64,000 nt of DNA from Candidatus Latescibacterota bacterium (GCA_965208105.1 OZ242318.1:2016001-2080000), one strand, 5' to 3'; positions 1 to 9,883 are shown, numbered from the stretch's first letter. Notes: generated by a model not told the origin, from the sequence alone. Numbers and translations are program-made.

Positions 1-199
1 GAAAACAACAAGGTCACAAGCACGTTGTAAAAAAAGGAGAAGACTGGTTACGTCACTGTATCCAACGACTGCCTTACGGACATCCCTTATTTCTGGCTTT
101 CCCACATGGAACAGATGTGAGCCGACTTTAATTTCATGCAGCGATGAGAGGTCAGGCATGTCAGCTGTGTTCCGTACGATTTGCTCGACTTGAGCATGT

Positions 200-286
200 C
201 ACATAATGTTTTCACCGGGCCCGAACCGCGAAGCTGTTGCGCGAAGGCGCGTCAGCGCCGAAGCCCGGGCACGGTTGTGTTATATG
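200..286 (-). repeat. attC-like site 1 (core mutated TAAC>TAAT)
   Basis: cacataat...ccgggcccg/cccgggcacgg...gttatatg. Confidence 0.8.
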
Positions 287-309
287 CCCTGCCTCCGTCG
301 CACCGAGGA

Positions 310-912
310 TCAATTGCTCTCCTCCAGTCGATGCAAGTGGTAGGCATTGTTGTATTGGACAAGGGTCCAGATTCCCTCAGACAGAGACCATTCGGTAATG
401 CCTGTATTCAAAGGTTGCAGCCAGACCTTGGTCTCGGTTCCTGAAAAAAGCCTTTTCGTTGAGCCGGCGATGAATCCGCCATGAGTCACTGCTACTACTG
501 TTTGTCCGGCGAATCGTTGCGAGTAGGACAACAAGGCCGAATGTGCTCTGTCAGACAGCTCCTGGAAGGTTTCGGCGCCCGGAGGCGTGGAATCTCCATA
601 CTTTGCCTGGATCTGAGAGGTGGTGAGACCCTCGGCTTGTCCCATTCGCAGCTCACATAGATCTGGATCCTCCATTACGCATTGTGCCGGCAATACATCC
701 AACAGAATCTTGGCGGTCTGACGCGCTCGCGCAATAGTGCTGCTGAGCAGTGTTTGACAATCGGAGAATTCGCCTGACTCTCGCAGATGTGTCGCAAGCG
801 CATGAACTTGCTCCCTGCCCAGGTCTGTGAGGCCTGAGCACGTGCGCTCACCCGAGTTCGTCTCGGTAAGCTGGTCTTTGCCTTGTCCGTGCCGGACGAG
901 TACTATCCGCAT
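310..912 (-). CDS. Histidine phosphatase (phosphoglycerate mutase-like) family protein, cassette
   Basis: N-terminal LVRHGQ, SS-x-x-RA-x-QTA, VTHGGFI motifs. Confidence 0.88.
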   Translation of the reverse strand: MRIVLVRHGQGKDQLTETNSGERTCSGLTDLGREQVHALATHLRESGEFSDCQTLLSSTIARARQTAKILLDVLPAQCVMEDPDLCELRMGQAEGLTTSQIQAKYGDSTPPGAETFQELSDRAHSALLSYSQRFAGQTVVAVTHGGFIAGSTKRLFSGTETKVWLQPLNTGITEWSLSEGIWTLVQYNNAYHLHRLEESN

Positions 913-944
913 TGGATGCTAGCTTCACGAAGATTCTGGCATGA

Positions 945-1016
945 CATATAACGTCTCCACGGTTGCCAACAGGCCAAGCCACCGAAGGCGGCGCGGCGGG
1001 AGCCGGTTGTTTGAGG
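945..1016 (-). repeat. attC-like site 2 (degenerate)
   Basis: catataac...gtttgagg. Confidence 0.7.
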
Positions 1017-1026
1017 AGGTGAAAAC

Positions 1027-1914
1027 CTACCAAACCCCCGTGGCGCGTTCCGGACTTGCGACGCCTTCAGGGAAAAACCTGTAGCCTCGTTCCCAGTTTT
1101 CCCGCTGGCGACTTCGTGCACCCCACTCCAGTTCCCTCATCGCTCGCCCAAACCAGAACCAACGGCCTCTTTGCTTCAAATCATCCGTGTTAAAGCAGTA
1201 GCTGGAGAGAACCCCGTCGATGAACCCCTCTCCAAGCTCCCATAGCCATCCGAAGTCGCATGCGGGGTCCCCAATGACCACATCCCCGAAGTCAATTACC
1301 CCGGCAAAGCGACCACCATCCACCAGAATGTGCGGCGGTTCGATATCGGCATGGATTACACTGCGTAAAATCTCGCTTGAGAGGTCTGCCGCCATGATCT
1401 CCCGGACCACTTTGTCACAGTACGACAATTCGTCAGGGGTCAGAGTGCCTTGTCTCACGATCCGTATGTAGTCGAACAAGAAACCTCTCACCTCGTCATA
1501 CCACGGATCGTCTTGAGGGATGCCTAAGGATTCGGCTTCCCCCAGGGGAAGGCCGTGGAGGGCATTGAGAACCGCTGCGACACCACCCGCGAGGCCGAGG
1601 CGTTGATCCTCTGCCAGGGAGATGAATTCTTCATACGTCAGGGAATGTCCGGGAATCGAAGGATATCCAGCGACGCGGTACTCGCCGTCAACGTGTGTAT
1701 AGTCGGGAACTGGCAATCCCGTCTCTCGAAGACGCCTAAGCAGCTTGACCTCTTGCTCAAGGGGTTCGTGCTCCGGATCTTCACAGGCAAATCGAAATAC
1801 GTACGAGTCGTCAAGGAGCACTACATCGTGATCGTAGTGCAGTAACTCAGCCTCCTCCCAATCGAGATCAGGCCACAGTCGCCGCAATTCACCTAGACGC
1901 TGTTCGAGTTCCAC
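1027..1914 (-). CDS. Aminoglycoside phosphotransferase (APH/choline kinase-like) family protein, cassette
   Basis: IHADIEPPHIL and GVIDFGDVVIGDPACDF motifs. Confidence 0.85.
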   Translation of the reverse strand: MELEQRLGELRRLWPDLDWEEAELLHYDHDVVLLDDSYVFRFACEDPEHEPLEQEVKLLRRLRETGLPVPDYTHVDGEYRVAGYPSIPGHSLTYEEFISLAEDQRLGLAGGVAAVLNALHGLPLGEAESLGIPQDDPWYDEVRGFLFDYIRIVRQGTLTPDELSYCDKVVREIMAADLSSEILRSVIHADIEPPHILVDGGRFAGVIDFGDVVIGDPACDFGWLWELGEGFIDGVLSSYCFNTDDLKQRGRWFWFGRAMRELEWGARSRQRENWERGYRFFPEGVASPERATGVW

Positions 1915-1947
1915 GTGGATTTCTGTCCTTTGTCTACGCTTCCATGT

Positions 1948-2035
1948 CCTCTAACGTTATGCCGATATGCGAACCCGCGTCAGCGGGGTTGAGCGATGAC
2001 CGCCAGGCCAAAGCCGGGCACGGTCGTGTTGACCG
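1948..2035 (-). repeat. attC-like site 3
   Basis: cctctaac...gttgaccg. Confidence 0.75.
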
Positions 2036-2069
2036 ATGGCGGCACCCTCAACATGTCTCCACAACCGTT

Positions 2070-3002
2070 TCATGCTGCTCCTCGGAATAGCGGACCATGC
2101 CTCAATTTCCAAACACACTCATCAACCTCAGACTCATTATCGGTCTGCAAGAAACACATTAACCCCGAAAATTCACGAAGGATCCACAGCTGGCGCACGC
2201 GATGTTCAAGTAAACCGTCCATCCCACCACATTCCTGTGTGTAGGCCGCCAAAACCGCCTCGGCGAACTCTTGACCCAGGTGATGCTGGACCGCCAAATC
2301 CTGGGCGGGATCCCCCAAAGTGGCATCCTCGAAGTCTAGAACAGCCGCAACTTCTGAAACATCCTCGTCGACCAGGACGTTGGCGTAAAACAGATCGCCG
2401 TGAACAAGAACGGGCTCGTAGGTCTGCATTCGCTCGTCGGCTACAAACTTTTCCCACCAGCGACGCACCTCATGGTATTCGCCCAGCGATAGGGCAGTCT
2501 CAAGATGCGGCAATACGTTCTGTTGCATCGGGTTGAGGGCTTCCGGCCTGCTGTGAAAGAGCGGGAGATCGAGATCGACAAATTCCTCTACCGGAGTGCT
2601 GTGGAGCTGCCGGAGAAATCTGCCCAGGTCATCGGCGATCCGGTGCCAATCGAGAATTTCCAGGTGGCCCTTGTGCAAGGGCACGCCAGTGAGTTTTGGA
2701 TAGCCCAAAACTCCATACGGAGCCAGCTTGGAAGGCGAGGCGCACCACTTGGGATTGGGGACTGATAGATCGAGGTAGGGCGCTGCTCTCAGAAGCACCT
2801 GGGCTTCCCTATCGTAGCCTGCGGCAACAGACTCATTCTTGCTCAAGCGAAACACAATGCCGGCGGCGGATTCAACTACCAGGCTGGACACGCCGGCATC
2901 CAGCCGCTTCAGTGGAGCAATGCGTCCTAAATCCGGAAAAAGATCGCCCAGGTCCTGTTGAACTCTGGTGAGGTCGTTGAAATGATCCTGGTCGTCCAAC
3001 AA
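2070..3002 (-). CDS. APH-family phosphotransferase, cassette
   Basis: LVHGDLFYANVL and VLDFEDATLGDPAQDL motifs. Confidence 0.85.
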   Translation of the reverse strand: MLDDQDHFNDLTRVQQDLGDLFPDLGRIAPLKRLDAGVSSLVVESAAGIVFRLSKNESVAAGYDREAQVLLRAAPYLDLSVPNPKWCASPSKLAPYGVLGYPKLTGVPLHKGHLEILDWHRIADDLGRFLRQLHSTPVEEFVDLDLPLFHSRPEALNPMQQNVLPHLETALSLGEYHEVRRWWEKFVADERMQTYEPVLVHGDLFYANVLVDEDVSEVAAVLDFEDATLGDPAQDLAVQHHLGQEFAEAVLAAYTQECGGMDGLLEHRVRQLWILREFSGLMCFLQTDNESEVDECVWKLRHGPLFRGAA

Positions 3003-3038
3003 CTCTGTCTCTCTGACGCGTATGCCGTTAGCCGCTTT

Positions 3039-3115
3039 CGCTTAACTTCTCAGTGCCCCCGAACCGGCGCGGCGGTTGGGCGAAGGGCCTGGAGGCTGGG
3101 GCACGGGATTAGGCG
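3039..3115 (-). repeat. attC-like site 4 (degenerate)
   Basis: cgcttaac...gtgcccc/ggggcac...attaggcg. Confidence 0.7.
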
Positions 3116-4017
3116 AGGTCGGCCCCCCTGGAATTTCCAGGACTCGCTATCCCACTTTTTCGTAAAAAGACCATCAGATCTTCACGCACCCCAACACTTC
3201 TTTGGACAGGGCTGTGTGATTCATCCGGATACATCCGAAATTCGGCTCCGGGAATCCTCATTGCAAGATCCCGGCCCCAATCCACGGGCACTTCTCTGTC
3301 TTTATCCCCGTGAACGACAAGTGTGGGAGCCCCTATCCGACCACATTCGACAATCACATCTCTACGAAGGTATGCGCCAATCGCTTGCAACTGGGTTCCA
3401 TACCATTGCACACGCTCTATCAAGCTGGACCTCTCCACAAGTTTCTGTATTCGTTCTTCGTATTCTCGCAAGGTTCCTCGCTCCTTCATCTCCTCGCGTT
3501 CCCACAGGATGTCTAGAGAAAGCTCAACACCCTTTGGTCGATTCTTCCAAGCTGCCGCCGCATCCTGTTTCTCAAGGATTTCGACCTGTTCTTTGACAAT
3601 TGCGGTAATCGGGTCTTCCTCGGGCCAAAGATTCGCAGCGGTACCAGCCAAAACGAGTGTATTGACTCTCTCCGGATAGATCGTTGCAAACAACACTGCA
3701 ACTGGACCCCCTGCAGAAGAACCAATCAGGTGCGCCCTTTCCACTTCAAGGTAGCCTAGCAGCTCAGACAAATCCCGCACCTGATTCTCAATATCATAGC
3801 CACCCTCCGGACGAGAAGACAGCCAGCAGCCCCGGCGATCGTAGATCACAAATCGGAAATCTGAAGTGAAATCCGTCTCCCATCCCCACATACCACTCGA
3901 TTGCGCACGGAGATGCATGTCAAGAGAGGGGAATCCTCCGTGTATAAACACGACGACCTCGCCCTCGCCTCGTGCATCGTAGAACATCCGGAAGCCGTTT
4001 ACAGACGCATATGGCAT
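3109..4017 (-). CDS. Alpha/beta-fold hydrolase, cassette
   Basis: FIHGG, YDRRGC, GSSAGG nucleophile elbow, HGDKD. Confidence 0.88.
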   Translation of the reverse strand: MPYASVNGFRMFYDARGEGEVVVFIHGGFPSLDMHLRAQSSGMWGWETDFTSDFRFVIYDRRGCWLSSRPEGGYDIENQVRDLSELLGYLEVERAHLIGSSAGGPVAVLFATIYPERVNTLVLAGTAANLWPEEDPITAIVKEQVEILEKQDAAAAWKNRPKGVELSLDILWEREEMKERGTLREYEERIQKLVERSSLIERVQWYGTQLQAIGAYLRRDVIVECGRIGAPTLVVHGDKDREVPVDWGRDLAMRIPGAEFRMYPDESHSPVQRSVGVREDLMVFLRKSGIASPGNSRGADLA

Positions 4018-4053
4018 AGTTCCATCTCAGTAAGCTTTGCGGAGCCGACTTAT

Positions 4054-4135
4054 CGTATAACCTACCAGGGTTGCAGACGCCTGCCGCGGGAAGGTGTGCC
4101 GTCAGCGCCGAAGCCCGGGGGCTCAGTGTTAACTG
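4054..4135 (-). repeat. attC-like site 5 (degenerate)
   Basis: cgtataac...gttaactg. Confidence 0.7.
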
Positions 4136-4180
4136 ATGTTGTGGCCGGTATTGACTTCAAAACGCAGGGGGCGACGTACA

Positions 4181-4697
4181 CTACTTCTCCACGACAAAGT
4201 GAACATGGTCTGTTGCATCCCTGAACTGAGGCAGCTCCGAAGTCTCCGATGCGAATTCCACGACGTTCTCATATGCCGCTTGTTCATTCTTCCTGAGCGA
4301 CTCAAGAAGTGGTGCCATGCCTCCGACGAAGCTTTCTACACCCGCATAGCTGACGATTCGCAGCCCTACATCTTGGATTTCCTTGCCAGCGACCTCAGGG
4401 TTGGACCAGTGACATTCGGTAAAACCGGAAAGCTCACAAGCTTGGAAAGTCTTTTCGTCGAGCATGCTCCTCAGAAAGGTAGAATTCCTGAAGCGCTCTG
4501 GGAAATCGACTACCCCGGTTCTGATCAGCCCCCATGAATTGAGGAAGGCCACAATCGCCCTACTGTCCGGCTTTAGAATGCGAACCAGCTCGCTCAGAGC
4601 CTGAGATCGATCATCACTTTTGATAAAGCCCTGCATCCAACCGATCCCACTCGCTTTCAGGCGCTGAGTCGTAGTGGGTTTTGACGTACTTGCTCAT
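4181..4697 (-). pseudogene. Class I SAM methyltransferase with internal deletion/frameshift
   Basis: ATG at 4697 gives MSKYVKTHYDSAPESEWDRLD, out of frame with the C-terminal ALSELVRILKP segment; SAM-binding motif I is absent. Confidence 0.7.
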
Positions 4698-4710
4698 TCA
4701 AGCACAATTT

Positions 4711-4839
4711 CAGTTAAGGTTTTCCGCTTTGCGAACTAGGCGCGTCCCGAAGGGCTGGTGCGAGCTTTGCGAACCGAGAATCGGTTGCCACAGGCCCAAG
4801 GCGCCAAAGGCGCCGCAGCGCAAAACGTGCTGTTAAGTG
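4711..4839 (-). repeat. attC-like site 6 (long, internal duplication; core TAAC>TAAG)
   Basis: cagttaag...gctttgcgaac twice...gttaagtg. Confidence 0.75.
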
Positions 4840-4889
4840 AGGTAGCATCAACTAACTTAGTCTAAGCTCCTCATAACACGTCACTTAAC
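4832..4889 (-). other. Gene-less mini cassette body (~42 bp between sites)
   Basis: gttaagtga at 4832 matches tcacttaac at 4881-4889; no room for an ORF. Confidence 0.8.
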
Positions 4890-4969
4890 GTTTCAGTGCC
4901 CCCCAACCGGCGCGGCGGTTGGGCGAAGGGCCGAATTGCCCGGAGCAGGGAGCACGGACGTGTTACCTG
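4882..4969 (-). repeat. attC-like site 7
   Basis: cacttaac...gttacctg. Confidence 0.8.
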
Positions 4970-5796
4970 ACCGGGACAGTCTCAATTTGTCGCATTCTCG
5001 CCACAAAAGCCCATGGAATCTCCCTGAACTTTGACTGGCCTAGCTCCCTCTCCTCCCGAGGTTCAAATACGGGCTCGGCAATACCGTCCATGACTAATCC
5101 GGCATCGAAGAGGATTGAGAGCAGTGCAGACAAAGGTCTGTGGTAGTAGTGCTGAATGTCTCTTCCGCAGATGCCTCTTCCCACGCCTGCCACAGGCGTG
5201 ATATAAGAGCTAACCTTTATCGTGTGAATCTGCTGTCTTCCTTGCTCACCGTAACTTTCCTCAACGACCCTGGAAGTACCAGCGACGTTGTTGAAGCATG
5301 GATGCATAACTGAGAAAACAAATCTCCCCTCCGATTTCAGGATTCGAGGTATGGTCTGAGCAAGGGGACGAAGCTGGGCCAAATCCATTAGGGCCATGTT
5401 GCAAACAACGGCGTCGTAAGTTTCTCCATTAAGCGCCGCCAGCTGCTCCTCTGAGGTGACATCCATCACCTTGTATTTGATCTGTTCCTCATTCTCGCGG
5501 GTTCGCCGCCTGGCCATATCGATCATTACCTGGCTCACGTCAATCGCTGTGACCAAAATGCCTAACCGTGCTAGATGGCGAGCATAGATACCATTTCCGC
5601 AGCCGACATCGAGAATAACCTCTCCATTAGTGGGAAATAGCAGTTCATCGACCGAGGGTCTCACAAGCTCCAGATGGAAATCATTCCCTTGGTCTCCCAT
5701 CCGGCTGTCCCAAATGTCGGCCTGCTCATCCCACTCTCTCTTGGCAATATCAGAATTTTCGGGCCACTCGTCCGGGGGCTGATCCATTGATTTCAA
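4963..5796 (-). CDS. Class I SAM-dependent methyltransferase, cassette
   Basis: ILDVGCGNG, YDAVVCNMALMD; stop codon lies in the attC arm. Confidence 0.88.
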   Translation of the reverse strand: MKSMDQPPDEWPENSDIAKREWDEQADIWDSRMGDQGNDFHLELVRPSVDELLFPTNGEVILDVGCGNGIYARHLARLGILVTAIDVSQVMIDMARRRTRENEEQIKYKVMDVTSEEQLAALNGETYDAVVCNMALMDLAQLRPLAQTIPRILKSEGRFVFSVMHPCFNNVAGTSRVVEESYGEQGRQQIHTIKVSSYITPVAGVGRGICGRDIQHYYHRPLSALLSILFDAGLVMDGIAEPVFEPREERELGQSKFREIPWAFVARMRQIETVPVR

Positions 5797-5841
5797 TCCG
5801 CGATTCCTCTCTCAAGGATGATTTGCCTCATTCTTCAACGG

Positions 5842-5934
5842 CAGGTAAGGTTTCGCCGCTTTGCGAACCAGCGAAGCGGGTTGCCGAAGGCCAAGCCGCG
5901 ATCATCGTCCTTGCGCAAAACGCGCTGTTAGCCG
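5842..5934 (-). repeat. attC-like site 8 (core TAAC>TAAG)
   Basis: caggtaag...tttgcg/cgcaaa...gttagccg. Confidence 0.78.
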
Positions 5935-5968
5935 CCGTAGCTAAGCAATGATCCGGGATCAAGTTGCT

Positions 5969-6355
5969 CTACTCAAATAATCGCCGAACCGCAAGGGCAT
6001 TATGAACGAAAGTCTCTTCGAAAGGCGTGCGCCCATTCAAATTCCTGGACTCCCGTTCAGCTCCCCGATCTAATAGCAACTCCGCCACCTGTCGTTGGTT
6101 GCCGTGTGCAGCAGCATGAAGAGGTGTTGTGCCCCAGTGGGAGTTTTGGTTGTGCGCATTGATGCTTGCTCCTTGATCGAGCAAGTACGCCACTACCTCG
6201 GCATGACCCTTCCACGCGGCGCAGTGGAGTGGCATTGAACCATCCTTGTCTGTTGCGGCTAGAAGGGCTGCATCCCTGTTTATCAACAGCTTGACCGTCT
6301 TGATGTCGCCTCGCTTGGCCGCTTTGATTACCTGTTTCTCTTCCTCGGTTCCCAT
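5969..6355 (-). CDS. Ankyrin repeat protein, cassette
   Basis: Repeated PLHCAAWKGH, TPLHAAAHGN, GRTP motifs. Confidence 0.9.
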   Translation of the reverse strand: MGTEEEKQVIKAAKRGDIKTVKLLINRDAALLAATDKDGSMPLHCAAWKGHAEVVAYLLDQGASINAHNQNSHWGTTPLHAAAHGNQRQVAELLLDRGAERESRNLNGRTPFEETFVHNALAVRRLFE

Positions 6356-6435
6356 TTTTATCCTCTAAAAGGTGGAATGGTGATGAACCCCAGCCCGATC
6401 GTCAAAATTCGCTATAGGAGCTGGGTACCCGGAGG

Positions 6436-6466
6436 TCGGCGCAGCGCAAAACCGTGATGTTGTGGG
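6436..6466 (-). repeat. attC-like half site 9 (one arm deleted; cassette fusion)
   Basis: gcgcagcgcaaaaccgtgatgttgtggg only; no upstream TAAC arm. Confidence 0.65.
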
Positions 6467-6500
6467 AAGTGCGCTTTTCCACCGGCGCATCAAAACATTT

Positions 6501-7388
6501 CTATTTGCGCGGAAGGATCCAGGTCTCGTACGCCAGATGCCAATCCTCCAGATGATTGAGAAGGACTCCACTCTTGATCGATCGATCACAACCTGTAAGC
6601 CTGTGGATTTCTGCCTGTCGTGTCTCGGGATGCTCACGATTCAGTAAGTTGCGTTGAAACCAATCGAGTCGCGTGCGGTCTATTTCGCCTATTTGAGTGG
6701 TCACCCAGCTTTCAAACGCCATGTAGGTCGGTTGGTTCTCCGTGACGAAGGAGATCATCGCATCACGGTCGAGGCCAAGAACGTCCAATACGTGCTGATC
6801 CAATCCCCTGCCACATGCCGGGTAATCAGTGCGGAGCAATCCCCTGGACTTCAGGAGAACTTTGTGCCAGGTACGGGCAAGTTGCAGGACATCGAGGGGA
6901 CCTACGTCGATACTGCTGACCAAAGGAGGAATTCCAGCAGGAATCTGACCTTTGACAAAGTCATTGGCGTGAAATAGATGCCAGTCCTGAAGCGTATTCA
7001 GCAACAAAACAGATGTATAAGTATCTGCTTCGGGATCGAATCCAATATCTTCATAGGTCTCCGTAATTTTGTGTGGCCGAATGTGGCGCCGATATTTGAC
7101 GATTTCATTGAATCTCGCGATCTGAGCTGTGGGCAATTGACCGATTTTTCTAGTGATGATCCACCGTTCGAACGAAACATAGTCGGGTAGTTCTGATCGG
7201 AGATAGTCGTATATCTCGTCGACATCCAAATTCATCGCCTGGAGACAAAAGGTGTCCAGGCCACCACTATTGTCCGGGTAACCGGGATCAAGAAGATCAA
7301 CAGCCCGTGTCACCGCCTTCCACCACGTTCGAGGCAGCTGGCAAACGCCAATGCTGCCCCTGCAGATACTACTGATCAGGGGGACCAT
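6501..7388 (-). CDS. Tandem DUF5069-like domain protein, cassette
   Basis: Two internal repeats (PLISS..G.IGVCQLPRTWWK / PLVSS..VGPLDVLQLARTWHK; DYP..G.GLD; P.Y..FE.W). Confidence 0.65.
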   Translation of the reverse strand: MVPLISSICRGSIGVCQLPRTWWKAVTRAVDLLDPGYPDNSGGLDTFCLQAMNLDVDEIYDYLRSELPDYVSFERWIITRKIGQLPTAQIARFNEIVKYRRHIRPHKITETYEDIGFDPEADTYTSVLLLNTLQDWHLFHANDFVKGQIPAGIPPLVSSIDVGPLDVLQLARTWHKVLLKSRGLLRTDYPACGRGLDQHVLDVLGLDRDAMISFVTENQPTYMAFESWVTTQIGEIDRTRLDWFQRNLLNREHPETRQAEIHRLTGCDRSIKSGVLLNHLEDWHLAYETWILPRK

Positions 7389-7443
7389 AGTAGATTCGTC
7401 CGGTCTGAAGCCTTTTGATAATCAACGGGCCTATCACGCATTT

Positions 7444-7527
7444 CCCATAACTTTCTCGCCGTGCCCCTTCCGCGAAGCGGTTGCGCGAAGGGCGATGTCC
7501 CGAAGCCTGGCACGAAGGTGTTACGCG
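7444..7527 (-). repeat. attC-like site 10
   Basis: cccataac...gttacgcg. Confidence 0.8.
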
Positions 7528-7611
7528 ATGGCGTGCCTGATACGTGCTTGCCGGGACGGCAAGTACGCTCGCTCACCTGAGTCACTGTAACTTTCCGCTC
7601 ACTGCACAAGA

Positions 7612-8427
7612 TTACGTCTTGTCGCCGTTCAGAGAGACTGAATGCTCCTTGACGATCATCCTATCTGCAAGAAGGGTGACAAAGTTGAAGCAAGGCGGAT
7701 GCTCTTCGTCAAAGTTCACTTCCTGTTCATGGGGCCAATAGTTGAGTTGGCAAAAGGTGCTGCCTACACTGATATAGGCAATGCCATCCTTGTGGATATG
7801 GGTCCCCCGATGAACATGACCGAAGAAAACGCCTCGGAGACGCTCTCTTGCCGGCAACAGTGCTTCATGTAAATCAGTGCCATTAAGCATGCCCACGTCT
7901 CTTGAATACCACTTGGAATCCAAATCGAGGGGCGAGTGATGAATAAAAACAGTCAATGAGCCGTTCTGCCGGCTAACCTCCGCTCGAACAAAATCAAGCT
8001 GGTCTTCTGTTACTTTACCAAAGTGGCCGACCTCTTCATATGGCTGCTGGGCATCCAGCACCAGAAACCGTTCGCCCTGATACGAGAATCGATAGCAGTT
8101 CAGGTCCGAATTGGATAGAACATCCTCTTTAGGACCCATTGTCAGATGCTTGCGCATATAATCACGCGTGTCATGATTGCCTGTTACAAAGTAGGTCGGG
8201 ATGTTGATTTGAGAAAATGCTTCCGCCGCCAGTTCGTAAGCGACCTCAGTATTATGATTCGCTACGTCCCCTGTATGAATCACAAATTGGGGGCGTGTCG
8301 GCAGGCTATTTATGGCTTCAAGGACCCGCAATAGATTACGGAATGGATTGTTGCCTAGCGCGATCCAATCTCTCAAATGTCCTAAGTGTGTGTCACTGAT
8401 ATGGACGAAATGCAGGGAATCTGCCAT
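7612..8427 (-). CDS. Calcineurin-like metallophosphoesterase (CpdA/Icc-like), cassette
   Basis: HISDTHLG, HTGDV, GNHD, GHVH; start at ATG 8427 after GGAGGAGG. Confidence 0.9.
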   Translation of the reverse strand: MADSLHFVHISDTHLGHLRDWIALGNNPFRNLLRVLEAINSLPTRPQFVIHTGDVANHNTEVAYELAAEAFSQINIPTYFVTGNHDTRDYMRKHLTMGPKEDVLSNSDLNCYRFSYQGERFLVLDAQQPYEEVGHFGKVTEDQLDFVRAEVSRQNGSLTVFIHHSPLDLDSKWYSRDVGMLNGTDLHEALLPARERLRGVFFGHVHRGTHIHKDGIAYISVGSTFCQLNYWPHEQEVNFDEEHPPCFNFVTLLADRMIVKEHSVSLNGDKT

Positions 8428-8521
8428 GTTTTCCTCCTCCACCAGGAGATGGGTCCAATGACTTATACAAGGGGTCCGAGGCCCATGGATGGGCCGCGCC
8501 AGCTGTTCAAGGGCACACTTG

Positions 8522-8617
8522 CGGGTAACGTTCTCGCCACTTGCGAATCCGCGTAGCGGGTTGCCCTCAGGCCGAAGGGAGCGAATGCAACCGAAGCGCA
8601 AGTGGACGTGATATAGG
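8522..8617 (-). repeat. attC-like site 11 (GAT instead of GTT)
   Basis: cgggtaac...ccacttgcg/cgcaagtgg...gatatagg. Confidence 0.82.
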
Positions 8618-8666
8618 AAGTGCCAGCCGGAGTGGTAGGGTGACGCCCTGCCACAGACGACTGGAT

Positions 8667-9083
8667 CTAATGATCCTGGCCTGCGTAGATCCACATCGGT
8701 TCCGTTTTGCCTGCCCTGGCGAACCCGCACTTCTTGTAGAAGTCGATTGCCCTGCCATCTGCAACAAGCATATGTTGATGAAAGCCCTCATAATTTGACA
8801 TCAGCCTCTTCATCAATTCCGATCCTACTCCTTGCCCCTGATATTCGGGATGAACCAGCAAGTGTGGATAGTACACAACGAGATGGCCGTCAGAGATGGC
8901 GTTGCCCAATCCTATCAGACGGTCTCCGTCCCAAGCAGTCAGCAAGGAATGTGAGTTCAGTAACGCATTACGAAGTTCGGTCGGCTTTCTTGCTGAAGAC
9001 CAATCATTAGCCGAATAGAGTCCCAGTATGGCATCAAGTGGAATATCCCGTGTTTCTCTGTATCTAATCGAGGAGCCACTCAT
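8667..9083 (-). CDS. GNAT N-acetyltransferase, cassette
   Basis: LLVHPEYQGQGVGSELM, AIDFYKKCGF. Confidence 0.9.
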   Translation of the reverse strand: MSGSSIRYRETRDIPLDAILGLYSANDWSSARKPTELRNALLNSHSLLTAWDGDRLIGLGNAISDGHLVVYYPHLLVHPEYQGQGVGSELMKRLMSNYEGFHQHMLVADGRAIDFYKKCGFARAGKTEPMWIYAGQDH

Positions 9084-9182
9084 ACTTACCACCTGTTCTG
9101 CGATTACTTTCTAGGGAAAGCCGTTCTGCTCGCCCAAAAGGCGTTTCCACCACCTGCCCATGGGGGCTTTAGGTTGGTATTA

Positions 9183-9266
9183 CCTATATCGCTTTCACCG
9201 TGCCCGAACCGCGTAGTGGTTGCGCGAAGGGCGTTAGCTCGAAGCCGGGCACGGACGTGTTAGACG
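9183..9266 (-). repeat. attC-like site 12 (TATC instead of TAAC)
   Basis: cctatatc...ccgtgcccg/cgggcacgg...gttagacg. Confidence 0.82.
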
Positions 9267-9286
9267 TTCGTGCCGCTTCATTCGCA

Positions 9287-9835
9287 TTATTGGCTGGCGA
9301 TGTAGTCACGTAGCTTCTCGATCGCCGGCGGGTCTACATCTCGAAGTGGTGCGCCAGCTCGGTGCTTGTGAAAATTGACTTTCTCGTCCAGTTGCGCTTC
9401 AGCGCTTAGGATCGGGCAAGTAAGAGCGCCCAATTGGCCATCTGGAGCAGAGAAAGCTCCTTGTGGATATGGCCAATCGGTCCATCGGCCAGAGGTCACA
9501 ACTTCGCCCGATCCGGTCCTTTCGAGAAGCCCAAAACTGACAAACTGATCAAGTTTGTAGAATCCAATGTGTTCTTCCGGATGACGTAGCACTTGGGGAA
9601 CATATCCAAGTGCTGTAAGACAGGTGGTTACTGTGGAGACATCTGCCTTCCAAATCGCCCAATCTATGTCGCTGTGGACGCGCAAGACTTCGCCTAACAA
9701 GAAGTCCACAGCCCAACCCCCACCCAACCAGTGCTGAGCAGAGCAAGCAGTCAATGCCTCGTGGATCTCTCTAATCAAGCCAAGCTGGGTGGGGTTCGGC
9801 TCTTCCATACACCCACGGATTCCAGTCTCAGACAT
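9287..9835 (-). CDS. Nucleotidyltransferase, ANT(2'')/LinA-like family, cassette
   Basis: WLGGGWAVD...R.HSDID signature. Confidence 0.8.
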   Translation of the reverse strand: MSETGIRGCMEEPNPTQLGLIREIHEALTACSAQHWLGGGWAVDFLLGEVLRVHSDIDWAIWKADVSTVTTCLTALGYVPQVLRHPEEHIGFYKLDQFVSFGLLERTGSGEVVTSGRWTDWPYPQGAFSAPDGQLGALTCPILSAEAQLDEKVNFHKHRAGAPLRDVDPPAIEKLRDYIASQ

Positions 9836-9883
9836 AGGTTCAACTCAGGAAAGAACAATTACCAACACTCTGAAGCGGCATGA

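Noticed and set aside
1-199. Partial cassette at the left edge
   Set aside because: Too little sequence to identify a product.
1027-3002. Calling APH-like cassettes known resistance genes
   Set aside because: Only fold-level motifs are visible; the substrate cannot be inferred.
7612-8730. N-terminal extensions in the ORF track (also 43713..44585, 48865..50451, 38950..39705)
   Set aside because: They run through recombination sites or neighbouring genes; internal starts fit better.
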